Assembly: GCA_013814015.1 (NCBI GenBank)
Contig: JACCQS010000380.1
Location: 1 to 34,138, forward strand
Direction: 5' to 3'
DNA length: 34,138 nucleotides
Origin: Geodermatophilaceae bacterium
Lineage (GTDB): Bacteria; Actinomycetota; Actinomycetes; Mycobacteriales; Geodermatophilaceae
Of this stretch, positions 9,171 to 17,725 are shown one piece after another (positions within the stretch are counted from its first letter, which is position 1; each line of letters opens with the position of its first letter). The notes under the pieces were generated by a model that searched no databases, was not told the origin of the DNA, and saw nothing but the letters and a program-made list of their open reading frames with translations. Position numbers and translations under genes: made by a program.

Positions 9171-11216
9171 CGTGACCGGCTCACGAATGCGAACCAGCCC
9201 GGGAACCGGCGGGTGACCTTCGATCCGTCCGATCTCGGTCTGCTGTTGGCGCACATAGCCGTGCTCTGGGTGCCCGGTCTGGCCCTTGCCCTGGCAGTGG
9301 GAATGCGGCCGTGGATCGCAGCCGCCTCGGCGCCTCTGCTCACGTATGGCATCGCGACGGTGGCCGGTCCGTTCACCGCCACAGTGGGCTTGCGCTGGGG
9401 GCCGACAACGCTGATCCTTGCCGCCGTTCTCGCGTCAGTTCTCGCTGTGACCTTCCAGTTTCTACCTCGGCGACTACGGCGTCTGAGCGGCGTGGACGAC
9501 CCGACGATCGCGCCGGGAGCGCCCGGCTTGGGCAGCGATCTCGCTATGGCTGCCGGAGTCCTCGTCGGCGGCGTCGTCTCCGTTGCCGCCAGCTTGGCCG
9601 GAATGGGTTCTTTCGCCACCATCAACCAGGACTGGGACGCGGTCTTCCATGCGAACACCGTGCGGTTCATCCTCGACACCGGCGATGCAGACCCCACCGC
9701 GCTTGCCGCGATCAACGACTTCGAGCTTGGATCCTTTTTCTACCCCAACAGCTTTCATTCGGTCGCCGCGGTCACCGGCGAACTGACCGGAGCCGGCATC
9801 TTCCAGCTTCTCAATGTGCCGATCGCCCTGCTCGGGGGTATCGCTGGCCTTGGCCTCGCGGTACTCATGCGTACCTTCGGCGCGAGAGTCGCAGCTGCGG
9901 CAGCCGTACCCGTGCTGCTCGCCGCCTTCGCCAGCTTCCCCTACGACGTGTCCTGGCGGGGCCCGCTGATCCCGTTCGCGATGGGGGTTGCTCTGCTGCC
10001 GGCCTTTGCCGTGCTCACGGAGACGACGCTGGCCACGCGACGACCGGCCAGCTTTCTCCTCACCGGACTGGCGGCCTGCGGACTGTTCGGCCTGCACCCC
10101 AGCGTCGCAGTGGTCGGGGCGATGTTCGTCGTGGCATTGCTCGCCGCACGCTGGTGGGGACATCGACAGCGCTTTCGCAGTGATCTGATCTGCGGTGGCA
10201 TCCTGGCACTCCTCACGGTGGTTCTGGGAATCCAGCAGATTCTCGGTGCCCTGGGCACGCGGGTGATCGATGTCCAGGACTGGCCAGCCGTGACAACACC
10301 CGGCCGCGCCTTCGGCGACCTACTTCTCCTGAATCACGATTCGATCTTCCCGCAGTACTGGCTCGTCGTGCTGATGCTGATCGGTGCCCTTGGGATCGGC
10401 AGGATACGAGCGCTGTGGTGGTGGCTGGCGGTGACCGCCGCCTTCGTCGGCTTGTTCGTGCTCGCCGCCGCCTATGAGGGCCCATGGGTCGCCAAGCTCA
10501 CCGGCCTGTGGTGGAACGATCGCTACCGGCTGGCGGCGATCGCGGTACTCGGCTTCGCCGTCCTGGCCGCCAATGGCGTCGTCGTGGCCGCCGACAGGGT
10601 AGTCGCGTTGCTGGGCAAGAGTTCGAGGGTGGCACGGCTGCCCCGGCGCAGCGCTGTTGCCGCAGCCAGCGCCGTCATCCTGGTGATGTTCGGAACGTTG
10701 AGCTCTGGGTTCTACCTTCCGCCGAATGTGGCCAGGATGAGTTCTGCGTATCAGGACGGCCTGCCCTACGCCGTTGGCGTCAACGTGACCACTACCGACC
10801 GGGAGGCGATGGAGGAACTGGCCAGGATGGTCGAACCGGGACAGCGCGTGATGAACGATCCCAACGACGGGTCCGCTTTGATGTATGCCCTCGTCGGTGT
10901 TCAACCGATGTTCGGCCACATCACGCCCAACCCACTCGAGAAGGGCCCGGACCGGGCGGCGCTGGTGCTCTCGTTCAATTGCCTGGACAGTGATCCCGAC
11001 GTTCGTGCCCTGGTCGAGGAATACGACATCGGGTACGTGTTCCAAGGCGGCACCCTGCTGCGGCCGGGAATGGAACGGTTTCCGGGGCTGCTGGGCCTTG
11101 ATCAGGTCGACTCCCTTGAACGGGTCTGGTCCGACGAGACGGATATGTTGGGCATCTATCGCATCGCTCTGCAACCGCTCGCGGCGCCCTCGACGCCGTG
11201 CGCAGCGCAAGCCTGA
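9168..11216 (+). CDS. Large polytopic membrane protein, candidate GT-C-type glycosyltransferase (DUF6541-like suspected)
   Basis: 682-aa ORF, many hydrophobic segments, C-terminal ~180-aa soluble domain. Motifs DWDAVFH (155-161) and YPNSFH (192-197) are collinear with the divergent neighbour. GTG start; the true start could be further downstream. Confidence 0.8.
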   Translation: MRDRLTNANQPGNRRVTFDPSDLGLLLAHIAVLWVPGLALALAVGMRPWIAAASAPLLTYGIATVAGPFTATVGLRWGPTTLILAAVLASVLAVTFQFLPRRLRRLSGVDDPTIAPGAPGLGSDLAMAAGVLVGGVVSVAASLAGMGSFATINQDWDAVFHANTVRFILDTGDADPTALAAINDFELGSFFYPNSFHSVAAVTGELTGAGIFQLLNVPIALLGGIAGLGLAVLMRTFGARVAAAAAVPVLLAAFASFPYDVSWRGPLIPFAMGVALLPAFAVLTETTLATRRPASFLLTGLAACGLFGLHPSVAVVGAMFVVALLAARWWGHRQRFRSDLICGGILALLTVVLGIQQILGALGTRVIDVQDWPAVTTPGRAFGDLLLLNHDSIFPQYWLVVLMLIGALGIGRIRALWWWLAVTAAFVGLFVLAAAYEGPWVAKLTGLWWNDRYRLAAIAVLGFAVLAANGVVVAADRVVALLGKSSRVARLPRRSAVAAASAVILVMFGTLSSGFYLPPNVARMSSAYQDGLPYAVGVNVTTTDREAMEELARMVEPGQRVMNDPNDGSALMYALVGVQPMFGHITPNPLEKGPDRAALVLSFNCLDSDPDVRALVEEYDIGYVFQGGTLLRPGMERFPGLLGLDQVDSLERVWSDETDMLGIYRIALQPLAAPSTPCAAQA

Positions 11217-11233
11217 CGATGTGAGGTATGCCG

Positions 11234-12139
11234 TCAGGCGTAGACGGAAGCCGCCAGTGTTGCCAGCCAAACAAGGGCCAGGACCTGGAGTACGTGATCG
11301 CGAAGCGCAATGTCTTCTGGCTCTCCGGCATCACCACCGTCCACATCGACGGCGTAGCGCAGCACCGCGATGACGAAGGGAACGATCGAAATCACCGACC
11401 AGGGGGAGTCGTTGAGTTCCCGAATCTCGAAGGACCACAAGCTATAGGCGGTGACGACGCCGGCTGCGGCCAGAGTCCAGACGAACCGCAGGTAGCTGGG
11501 CGTGTAGCTGTCGAGGATGCGTCTGGTGATGACGCCCGTTTTCTCGGAGAGCCGGATCTCGGCGTATCGCTTGCCGGCGACCATGAACAGCGACCCGAAG
11601 CCGGCACACATGAGAAACCATTGCGAGAGCGGGATCTGGGCAGCGGCGCCGCCGGCTACGGCGCGCAGCAGGAAGCCCGAGGCAACGATGCACAGGTCGA
11701 GAACCGGCTGGTGCTTGAGTCCGAAGCAGTAGGCGAGTTGAACCACCTCGTAGACGGCGACGACCACCAGCAATTCCACGGTGGCCATCAGGCTGACACC
11801 GAGCGCGGCCAACAGCAGCACCACGGCGAGGCTGACGGCCAGCGGGGCGGGTACCACTCCGGCGGCGATCGGCCGGTTGCGTTTGATCGGATGGGTGCGG
11901 TCGGCCTCGATGTCGCGCAGGTCGTTGATCAGGTAGATGCCCGAGGCAGCCAAACAGAAGGCGAGGAATGCAACGGCGATGTTGACCAGGACGCCGCGTT
12001 CGAGAAGGACCCCTCCCGCGATCGGCGCGGCGCTGACAAGGACGTTCTTGAGCCATTGCCGCGGACGGACTGCGCCCACGATTCCAGGAAACAGACGTTG
12101 GCTCTTTCCCGCCGTCTCGGTGGGTGCTTCCACACTCAT
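11234..12139 (-). CDS. ubiA: Decaprenyl-phosphate phosphoribosyltransferase (UbiA family, M. tuberculosis Rv3806c type)
   Basis: 301 aa. RPRQWLKNVLVSAAPIAGG N-terminus and UbiA motif YLINDLRDIEADRTHPIKRNRPIAAG. Its ATG overlaps the PAP2 stop as ATGA (12136-12139). Confidence 0.88.
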   Translation of the reverse strand: MSVEAPTETAGKSQRLFPGIVGAVRPRQWLKNVLVSAAPIAGGVLLERGVLVNIAVAFLAFCLAASGIYLINDLRDIEADRTHPIKRNRPIAAGVVPAPLAVSLAVVLLLAALGVSLMATVELLVVVAVYEVVQLAYCFGLKHQPVLDLCIVASGFLLRAVAGGAAAQIPLSQWFLMCAGFGSLFMVAGKRYAEIRLSEKTGVITRRILDSYTPSYLRFVWTLAAAGVVTAYSLWSFEIRELNDSPWSVISIVPFVIAVLRYAVDVDGGDAGEPEDIALRDHVLQVLALVWLATLAASVYA

Positions 12140-12723
12140 CCGATTACGGTCTCACGCCGCTGAACTCGGTGCCATTTCGCGACCGTCAAGCCGAGCGCGG
12201 CAGCAGCGGCAACGTCGGTCGGGAAGTGCACCCCGAGGACCATCCGGGAGATACCCATGGAGACAGCCACCGCGGGCAAGATCACTGACGCCGCCCCGGG
12301 GCGCAGGAGTCGACCGTAGGAGACCGCAGCCGCTGTCGTTGACGTCACATGCGCTGATGGAAAGCTCAGCCGGCTCGGCGTCTTGACCAGAACTCGCACG
12401 CGCAGGTCTTGCGGGCGCGGACGACGGACGATGCGCTTCACGATCACCGCTGCTGCATGTGCGAGGAAAACCGACCCGGTAGCGGTGGCCCACTCGCGCC
12501 GCTGCGGTGCCTTACAGCGGATGGTGGCCACAGCACCGATGAGCAGCCACCCCGCCGCATGCTCGCCGAAGTGGGACAGCGCCCGGGCGCTGGCGACCAC
12601 CGTGTCGCGGCCCAGACTCCGCTGCACAACCAGCAGCGCTCGAGTGTCCTCCCGTCGCAGCGCCAGCCGCAGCGTGTTCGGGGGTGGTGCCGCCATCTCT
12701 TCGGTGGCGCGTCTGGTCGTCAA
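12136..12723 (-). CDS. PAP2-family phosphatase (decaprenylphosphoryl-5-phosphoribose phosphatase type, Rv3807c-like)
   Basis: Acid-phosphatase tripartite motif: KRIVRRPRP, SFPSAHV, SRMVLGVHFPTD. The TTG at 12723 overlaps the emb stop (TTGA); an alternative ATG lies at 12696. Confidence 0.82.
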   Translation of the reverse strand: MTTRRATEEMAAPPPNTLRLALRREDTRALLVVQRSLGRDTVVASARALSHFGEHAAGWLLIGAVATIRCKAPQRREWATATGSVFLAHAAAVIVKRIVRRPRPQDLRVRVLVKTPSRLSFPSAHVTSTTAAAVSYGRLLRPGAASVILPAVAVSMGISRMVLGVHFPTDVAAAAALGLTVAKWHRVQRRETVIG

Positions 12724-15700
12724 CTCGAGGCACCTGCCGGCGCTTGCCAGCCCATAATGGTCACTTCGCGGTCGGAAAGGTCGTAGGCGGCGGTGGGATA
12801 GGGGTTATCGAATCTGTACACCTGCAGCGTTGCGATCTCTGGGAAGTTCCGCAGCTGCGCGGGTAGCAGAACCGCCGAGGCCACACGCGTCACGGGACCG
12901 AAAAGTCCACCGGCGTAGATCGTCCAGGTGTTGTCGCTGAAGCCGTTCGTTCCTTCGGTGCCATAGAGCACGCCGTATTCGATCGGCTCGGTAACACCGT
13001 TCTGGACAACGGGCTGGCGTTGACAAGGAAACACGAACGAAAAGATCCACGAGACCCCGACGGCTGCATCTGCGGGGAGATAGTCCTGCAGGGAGATCAC
13101 GCGCTGGACCGACGGCGCCGTGAAGGCCAACCACCCTCCCGAATCCGCAGTCGCGTCTGTGGCCACCAGTCGAAGCACGATTGCCGCGGAGCCGATCTGT
13201 TCATCGATGTCCAGGGGGATGGAGCGCCAGACCGAACTGTCGATCGAGTCAGCGACCTCTTGACGGTCGAGAATGTCCAGTCGATCGTCTTCAAGACTCG
13301 CGTACTCGACGACAAGGCTGTTTCCGCCGTCCAGACGCCCACTGACAAGGATGCCAACGACCTCGTCACTTTGCAGTTCGTTCGGGATGACGAACCATGG
13401 GCTGACGTAGTCACCGGTGTCGTCTTCGCTGCCAGGTTCGGCTAGAGAGCCCCAGACTTGCGAGGCAGCGGGCGACCCCACGCCACCTGGCGGAGGAGCG
13501 GCGGCGAAAAAGCCGCCCTCTTCGACGAAGGGCGATCCGAGGTTCTCCTCATCGGCAGAAGCGGATCCACTGACTTGGGGTAGCGGCTGCGCTGTCGAGT
13601 CGGCCACAACATCGATGGCTCCGGCAGCGTCACACTCTGTGGCAAGTGGATCTTGGAGGTTGCTGGCCCACGGCGAATAGGTGTCCCACGTCCGGGCGCT
13701 GGCCACGCCGAAACTACCGACCAGATATCCGGTGGACAGCACTAGAAAGAGAACGGCCATGACGGGCGCTGTGACGAACGGCACGATTCCCCGCCACGAC
13801 AACTGAGAACGCCGCGCCCACCAGCCCAGAATGGTCAGCACCACCGCATAGCCCACCAGCCATGCTGGAATGCTGGCCAACTCCAGCGGACCCATCGCTG
13901 GAGGGACTCCCGCATCGGACATACCAAGTAGCCACGAGTAAGGCCAGGAGTTCGGGCCGCGAAAGGACAAGGCGAACACGACGATGGCGGTGAACGCCAA
14001 GGTCAACGAGATTGATCGCGCAACGCGCCGGCCTTGCTTGAGTTGAGCCGCGATGGCTGGGGCAGAGAGCAGAAAGAGCGTCAGAAATGCCGGTCCCAGA
14101 GCGGCGAGGCTGCCGAAGTGGTGGGTCCACTTGCTGGGGGTGATCCAGAACAGGACAAGTGCAAGAGCCAAGCTCGACCCAACGAGTTGCAGAACGGGGC
14201 TGAACTGGATACGCCGACCGCGGCTGACCGCGAAGAGCACAGCGAACCACACGAGGCAGGCTATTCCCAGTAGTACTGGGGCGCGCTTGGCGTAATTACC
14301 TTGCGGATCCGCCAGGAGCAGAAGGGCGTATCGGAAGTACTCTTGGTACCACTGTGTCTGTTCGAAGCGACTTAAGAAGATGTCCTGACCATGAAGAAAG
14401 TCGTGCAGGGATCCGTCACCGAATGCGACGGCGCTGGCCAGTCCTGCTGGAGCGAGGACTCCGATGATATTTCGGGTGGTCATTCCACGGGTTCGAGCCC
14501 GGATGATCGGCCACAAAAATGGCAGTCCTGCGATCAGTGGGGCAAGGGCGATGAAACCCGTGGGGTGACAGACGATGGACAATGCGGCGAATGCGCTGGC
14601 GAGCCCCAATGGAAAGAGGCGTTTCCTTCGCATGGATGAATATACCAGAATCAAGACTGCCGCTGACAACAGCGCGACGATCCCTTCCGGTCGAACACCC
14701 ATGTCAAAGGGTAGCCACCAAGCAAGAAATGTGACACTCAGAGTCGCCGCGACGATCAAGTCGCCCCAACTACTTGTACGAATGGCCTTCGGGAGGAAAT
14801 CCGCGCTAGTGACGAATTTACGGAGAAGAGCCCACGTCAGCAAACCTGCAGCAAGCGCCGGGATTCTCAGGAGAACCTGGCTGCTACCCACGAGTGATTC
14901 CCAGTATCCGAGCGTACGGTAGAACCACGTAAATGGTGTAAAACTTTGGTTCAGCAGCTGGTAGTAATTTCCGACATAGCCCTCGAGTGAACTGTTCCTG
15001 GCCATCGCGGCGTAGTAGCCATCGTCGTCGGTCATCGGTGCTATGAACAGCCATAGAATGAGTACAGCAGGAACGATGAGTTCGATCGCTCGTCGCGCGT
15101 GGCGATGTTTCGGTATCGCTCGTCCGTCTTCGATCACCAAGTCTGCGGGTCTACCGCTCGCGCGGTCGCGCAGCGCCAGGAACAGCAGGCTAGCTGCCGC
15201 GCACACAATGAGAAGAATGGTCAGCAGCAGCTTACCTGTGGTTGGTGTCGTCGAAAACTGATCGTCAACTGTGAGTCTGACCGAAAGGTCATTCCGTTCT
15301 CCGCCTGGCATTCGAGTAAGAGACGTTGCAAGCACATCGACTTGCGGGAGGGACACCGACTGGATCAGTTCAGGTTCGCCTGCATCTTTCCCGATCGTCA
15401 ACTGGTCGGCCTGGATCGACATGTGATATTGACAGTCAGCTGATCCAAGTGCGTCGTCGATGACTTGACGACCGGACACCGAGGCTGTTATCCGATCGTC
15501 TTTCGCCCGAACCACGAGGCCTAATTCATCGAGAGAAGGTTGCCCCGGACGGATTGTGGCGACGACGATTCCATCCTGAGTGTCAGCCGCAGATCTGGCA
15601 GCCGAACAGCTGAACCGAACTTCCATGCCTAGCGGCTGCTGCGCGGTGAGTTCGAGCATGGACGACTGGGGAGCGGTGGGATCAAGTGGCCACGACACGA

Positions 15701-15863
15701 CAGGTTGGTTCATATGGACCGGTGCTAATGGGAGCAGCAGCGCGGCTGCGATCGCGATGCACCCGGCTGCCAGGGCAACGGCATCCCACTTGTGCCTCTT
15801 CTTCGAGGTTCTCATCGATGTGTCCGGGCGCTCGTCCACCTCAGGCTGAGCGGCCCGCGCCAT
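12720..15863 (-). CDS. emb: Emb-type arabinosyltransferase (GT-C)
   Basis: 1047 aa. Emb-like N-terminal periplasmic domain, central multi-TM region with the GT-C acidic motif MTDDDGYYAAMAR (DDD at 15021-15029), and a ~300-aa C-terminal extracytoplasmic domain. Sits directly upstream of the PAP2 and DPPR-synthase genes. Confidence 0.88.
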   Translation of the reverse strand: MARAAQPEVDERPDTSMRTSKKRHKWDAVALAAGCIAIAAALLLPLAPVHMNQPVVSWPLDPTAPQSSMLELTAQQPLGMEVRFSCSAARSAADTQDGIVVATIRPGQPSLDELGLVVRAKDDRITASVSGRQVIDDALGSADCQYHMSIQADQLTIGKDAGEPELIQSVSLPQVDVLATSLTRMPGGERNDLSVRLTVDDQFSTTPTTGKLLLTILLIVCAAASLLFLALRDRASGRPADLVIEDGRAIPKHRHARRAIELIVPAVLILWLFIAPMTDDDGYYAAMARNSSLEGYVGNYYQLLNQSFTPFTWFYRTLGYWESLVGSSQVLLRIPALAAGLLTWALLRKFVTSADFLPKAIRTSSWGDLIVAATLSVTFLAWWLPFDMGVRPEGIVALLSAAVLILVYSSMRRKRLFPLGLASAFAALSIVCHPTGFIALAPLIAGLPFLWPIIRARTRGMTTRNIIGVLAPAGLASAVAFGDGSLHDFLHGQDIFLSRFEQTQWYQEYFRYALLLLADPQGNYAKRAPVLLGIACLVWFAVLFAVSRGRRIQFSPVLQLVGSSLALALVLFWITPSKWTHHFGSLAALGPAFLTLFLLSAPAIAAQLKQGRRVARSISLTLAFTAIVVFALSFRGPNSWPYSWLLGMSDAGVPPAMGPLELASIPAWLVGYAVVLTILGWWARRSQLSWRGIVPFVTAPVMAVLFLVLSTGYLVGSFGVASARTWDTYSPWASNLQDPLATECDAAGAIDVVADSTAQPLPQVSGSASADEENLGSPFVEEGGFFAAAPPPGGVGSPAASQVWGSLAEPGSEDDTGDYVSPWFVIPNELQSDEVVGILVSGRLDGGNSLVVEYASLEDDRLDILDRQEVADSIDSSVWRSIPLDIDEQIGSAAIVLRLVATDATADSGGWLAFTAPSVQRVISLQDYLPADAAVGVSWIFSFVFPCQRQPVVQNGVTEPIEYGVLYGTEGTNGFSDNTWTIYAGGLFGPVTRVASAVLLPAQLRNFPEIATLQVYRFDNPYPTAAYDLSDREVTIMGWQAPAGASS

Positions 15864-16121
15864 TCGGTATCGGGTCCCTTCATCGTCGGCGTGCGATCTG
15901 CAGTGCTCTGTGCCGACCCGCGGGTCAGAAGGGTGCGGATGGCTGGGAGTCGCCAGTTCGACGCGTTACGGTCAGGTTAGGTCCGGCCACGGTACCTGAG
16001 GCTGCTGGTTGGGCCGCGACGGGCGCGCCCGTGTCCGGCTACTGTTGGATGGGCCTGTGCGCCAGTAGCTGGCAGTTCGTCATGGTGGCTTGGGGACTAG
16101 TGAGCTAGGAGTGCAACGGGC

Positions 16122-17267
16122 ATGGCGGAGCGGGCGACGGGGCGTGACGATCTACTCGTCGTACTCAGTTACTACAGCCCGTACGTCAGTGGCCTGACGA
16201 ACGTGGCCCGTGACGTGGCCGAAGGACTGGCCGCTCGCGGTCGCCGAGTGCGGGTGATCACCACCCAGCACGATCCCAGCCTTCCTCGTTACGAGGTGCT
16301 CAACGGTGTCGAGGTCGAGCGAGCCCCGGTTGCCCTGCGTTTCGGCAAGGGGTCGATCAGCCCTGGTTTGCTCAGTCGGGTCACAAGGGCGGCCCGGTCA
16401 GCTCGGCTTGTGAATCTGCACCTTCCTATGCTTGAAGCCGGACTCCTCGCGCGCAGGGCAACCATTCCTGTTGTCATCACCTACCATTGCGACGTGAGTT
16501 TGCCGCCGGGAATCATCAACAGTTTGCAGCGACGAGTCATCGATGCATCAAGCCGAATGGCCATGAAGTCGGCGCAAAGAATCATTGTCACTTCACAGGA
16601 CTATGCTGACAATAGTCGGCTTGCAAGCAGTATTCGCGGGAAGTCTGTTGTGATTCCGCCGCCTTGTCACCAGTATCCAATCGGAGATCCTTCATTTCGA
16701 CAGACTGAGGGTCTTCATATCGGGTTTCTGGGTCGGATAGTTGAAGAAAAGGGTTTGGAGCACTTAGTACAGGCCTTCCGTCGCCTCCCCGCTCCTGATG
16801 CACGGCTGCTGATCGGTGGCGACTTCTCCAAACTCGCTGGTCGAAGCGTGATCGACCGAGTAACGGATCGCATTGGAGACGACAGCCGTATCCAGTTACT
16901 AGGATTTGTACGCGAAGACAGGCTCGCCGACTTCTATGCGTCAATAGACATCTTTGCGCTGCCCTCGATAAACGCTTTTGAAGCGTTCGGGATAGTGCAA
17001 GTCGAGGCCATGATGGCGGGTGTACCCGTTGTTGCCAGCGATCTGCCCGGTGTGCGGGTACCTGTCAGAGAGACTGGCCTCGGACGGATCGCCGCTCCAG
17101 CCGATGTCGATTCGATCGAGTCGGCGATAGGAGGTCTGATCACGTCGCCATTAGAGCGTGAGCGGGGGCGGGCTGTAGCCGTCAACCTCTACGCCGCAGC
17201 CGGGGTGATTGATCAGTACGATGATCTGCTCGAATCTCTGTCTTCCGGCTCGGCGTCCGCTCGATGA
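16122..17267 (+). CDS. Glycosyltransferase family 4 (GT-B)
   Basis: LVVLSYYSPYVSGLTNVARDVAEGLAARG N-terminus, GFLGRIVEEKG, and the E-x7-E motif in FALPSINAFEAFGIVQVEAMMAGVPVV. AGGAG lies 10 nt upstream of the ATG. Confidence 0.88.
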   Translation: MAERATGRDDLLVVLSYYSPYVSGLTNVARDVAEGLAARGRRVRVITTQHDPSLPRYEVLNGVEVERAPVALRFGKGSISPGLLSRVTRAARSARLVNLHLPMLEAGLLARRATIPVVITYHCDVSLPPGIINSLQRRVIDASSRMAMKSAQRIIVTSQDYADNSRLASSIRGKSVVIPPPCHQYPIGDPSFRQTEGLHIGFLGRIVEEKGLEHLVQAFRRLPAPDARLLIGGDFSKLAGRSVIDRVTDRIGDDSRIQLLGFVREDRLADFYASIDIFALPSINAFEAFGIVQVEAMMAGVPVVASDLPGVRVPVRETGLGRIAAPADVDSIESAIGGLITSPLERERGRAVAVNLYAAAGVIDQYDDLLESLSSGSASAR

Positions 17268-17725
17268 CACACGCAAGCCGGGCGCCCGCCGGCATTCCGG
17301 AGCACACCGGGCAGTCACACCGACGAAACGTGCCGTTGTTTCTCTTGATCGGCGGCATGAATGTCCTGTTGAGCTTGTTCGCTTTCGCGCTGCTCACATC
17401 CTTTTCGTGGTCGCCCATGAGAGGGCGGGAGATGGTGGCCTACATCATCGTCACGGTGCTCATCTCACTGCTGGCGGCCCTGCTGTGGGACCGGGTTGTG
17501 TGGCGAACCGACAGCAAGCGCAAGACTGTCGCGCTGTCACTGATCGTGCTGTGGTTTCTGGCCGCGGTCACCGGTCTGTTGGTCGAAGTATTGGTCGCCG
17601 AGACTGGCTGGAACTCCTTCGTGCTGGCCGCGCTGCTCACCGTCCCGGCTACGGCCGTGAACTACCTGTCCCAGGCCGGTCTGCGACGTCAGGCTGGGCG
17701 GCGTCGATCTGGACGCGCCGCATAG
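17264..17725 (+). CDS. GtrA-like small membrane protein
   Basis: 153 aa, four hydrophobic segments, LFLLIGGMNVLLSLFAFALL typical of the GtrA family. Its ATG overlaps the GT4 stop (ATGA at 17264-17267). Confidence 0.75.
   Translation: MTHASRAPAGIPEHTGQSHRRNVPLFLLIGGMNVLLSLFAFALLTSFSWSPMRGREMVAYIIVTVLISLLAALLWDRVVWRTDSKRKTVALSLIVLWFLAAVTGLLVEVLVAETGWNSFVLAALLTVPATAVNYLSQAGLRRQAGRRRSGRAA

Noticed and set aside
10320-12163. ORFs 10320..11270 (-), 11228..12163 (+) and 11442..12056 (-), which overlap the membrane-protein and DPPR-synthase genes.
   Set aside because: They are antisense or out of frame relative to CDSs with membrane or UbiA motifs, and their composition is typical of shadow ORFs.
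16035-16072. Imperfect inverted repeat CCGGCTACTG ... CAGTAGCTGG in the emb/GT4 divergent region.
   Set aside because: It has one mismatch, an 18-nt loop, and no match to a known operator. It could arise by chance in GC-rich DNA.
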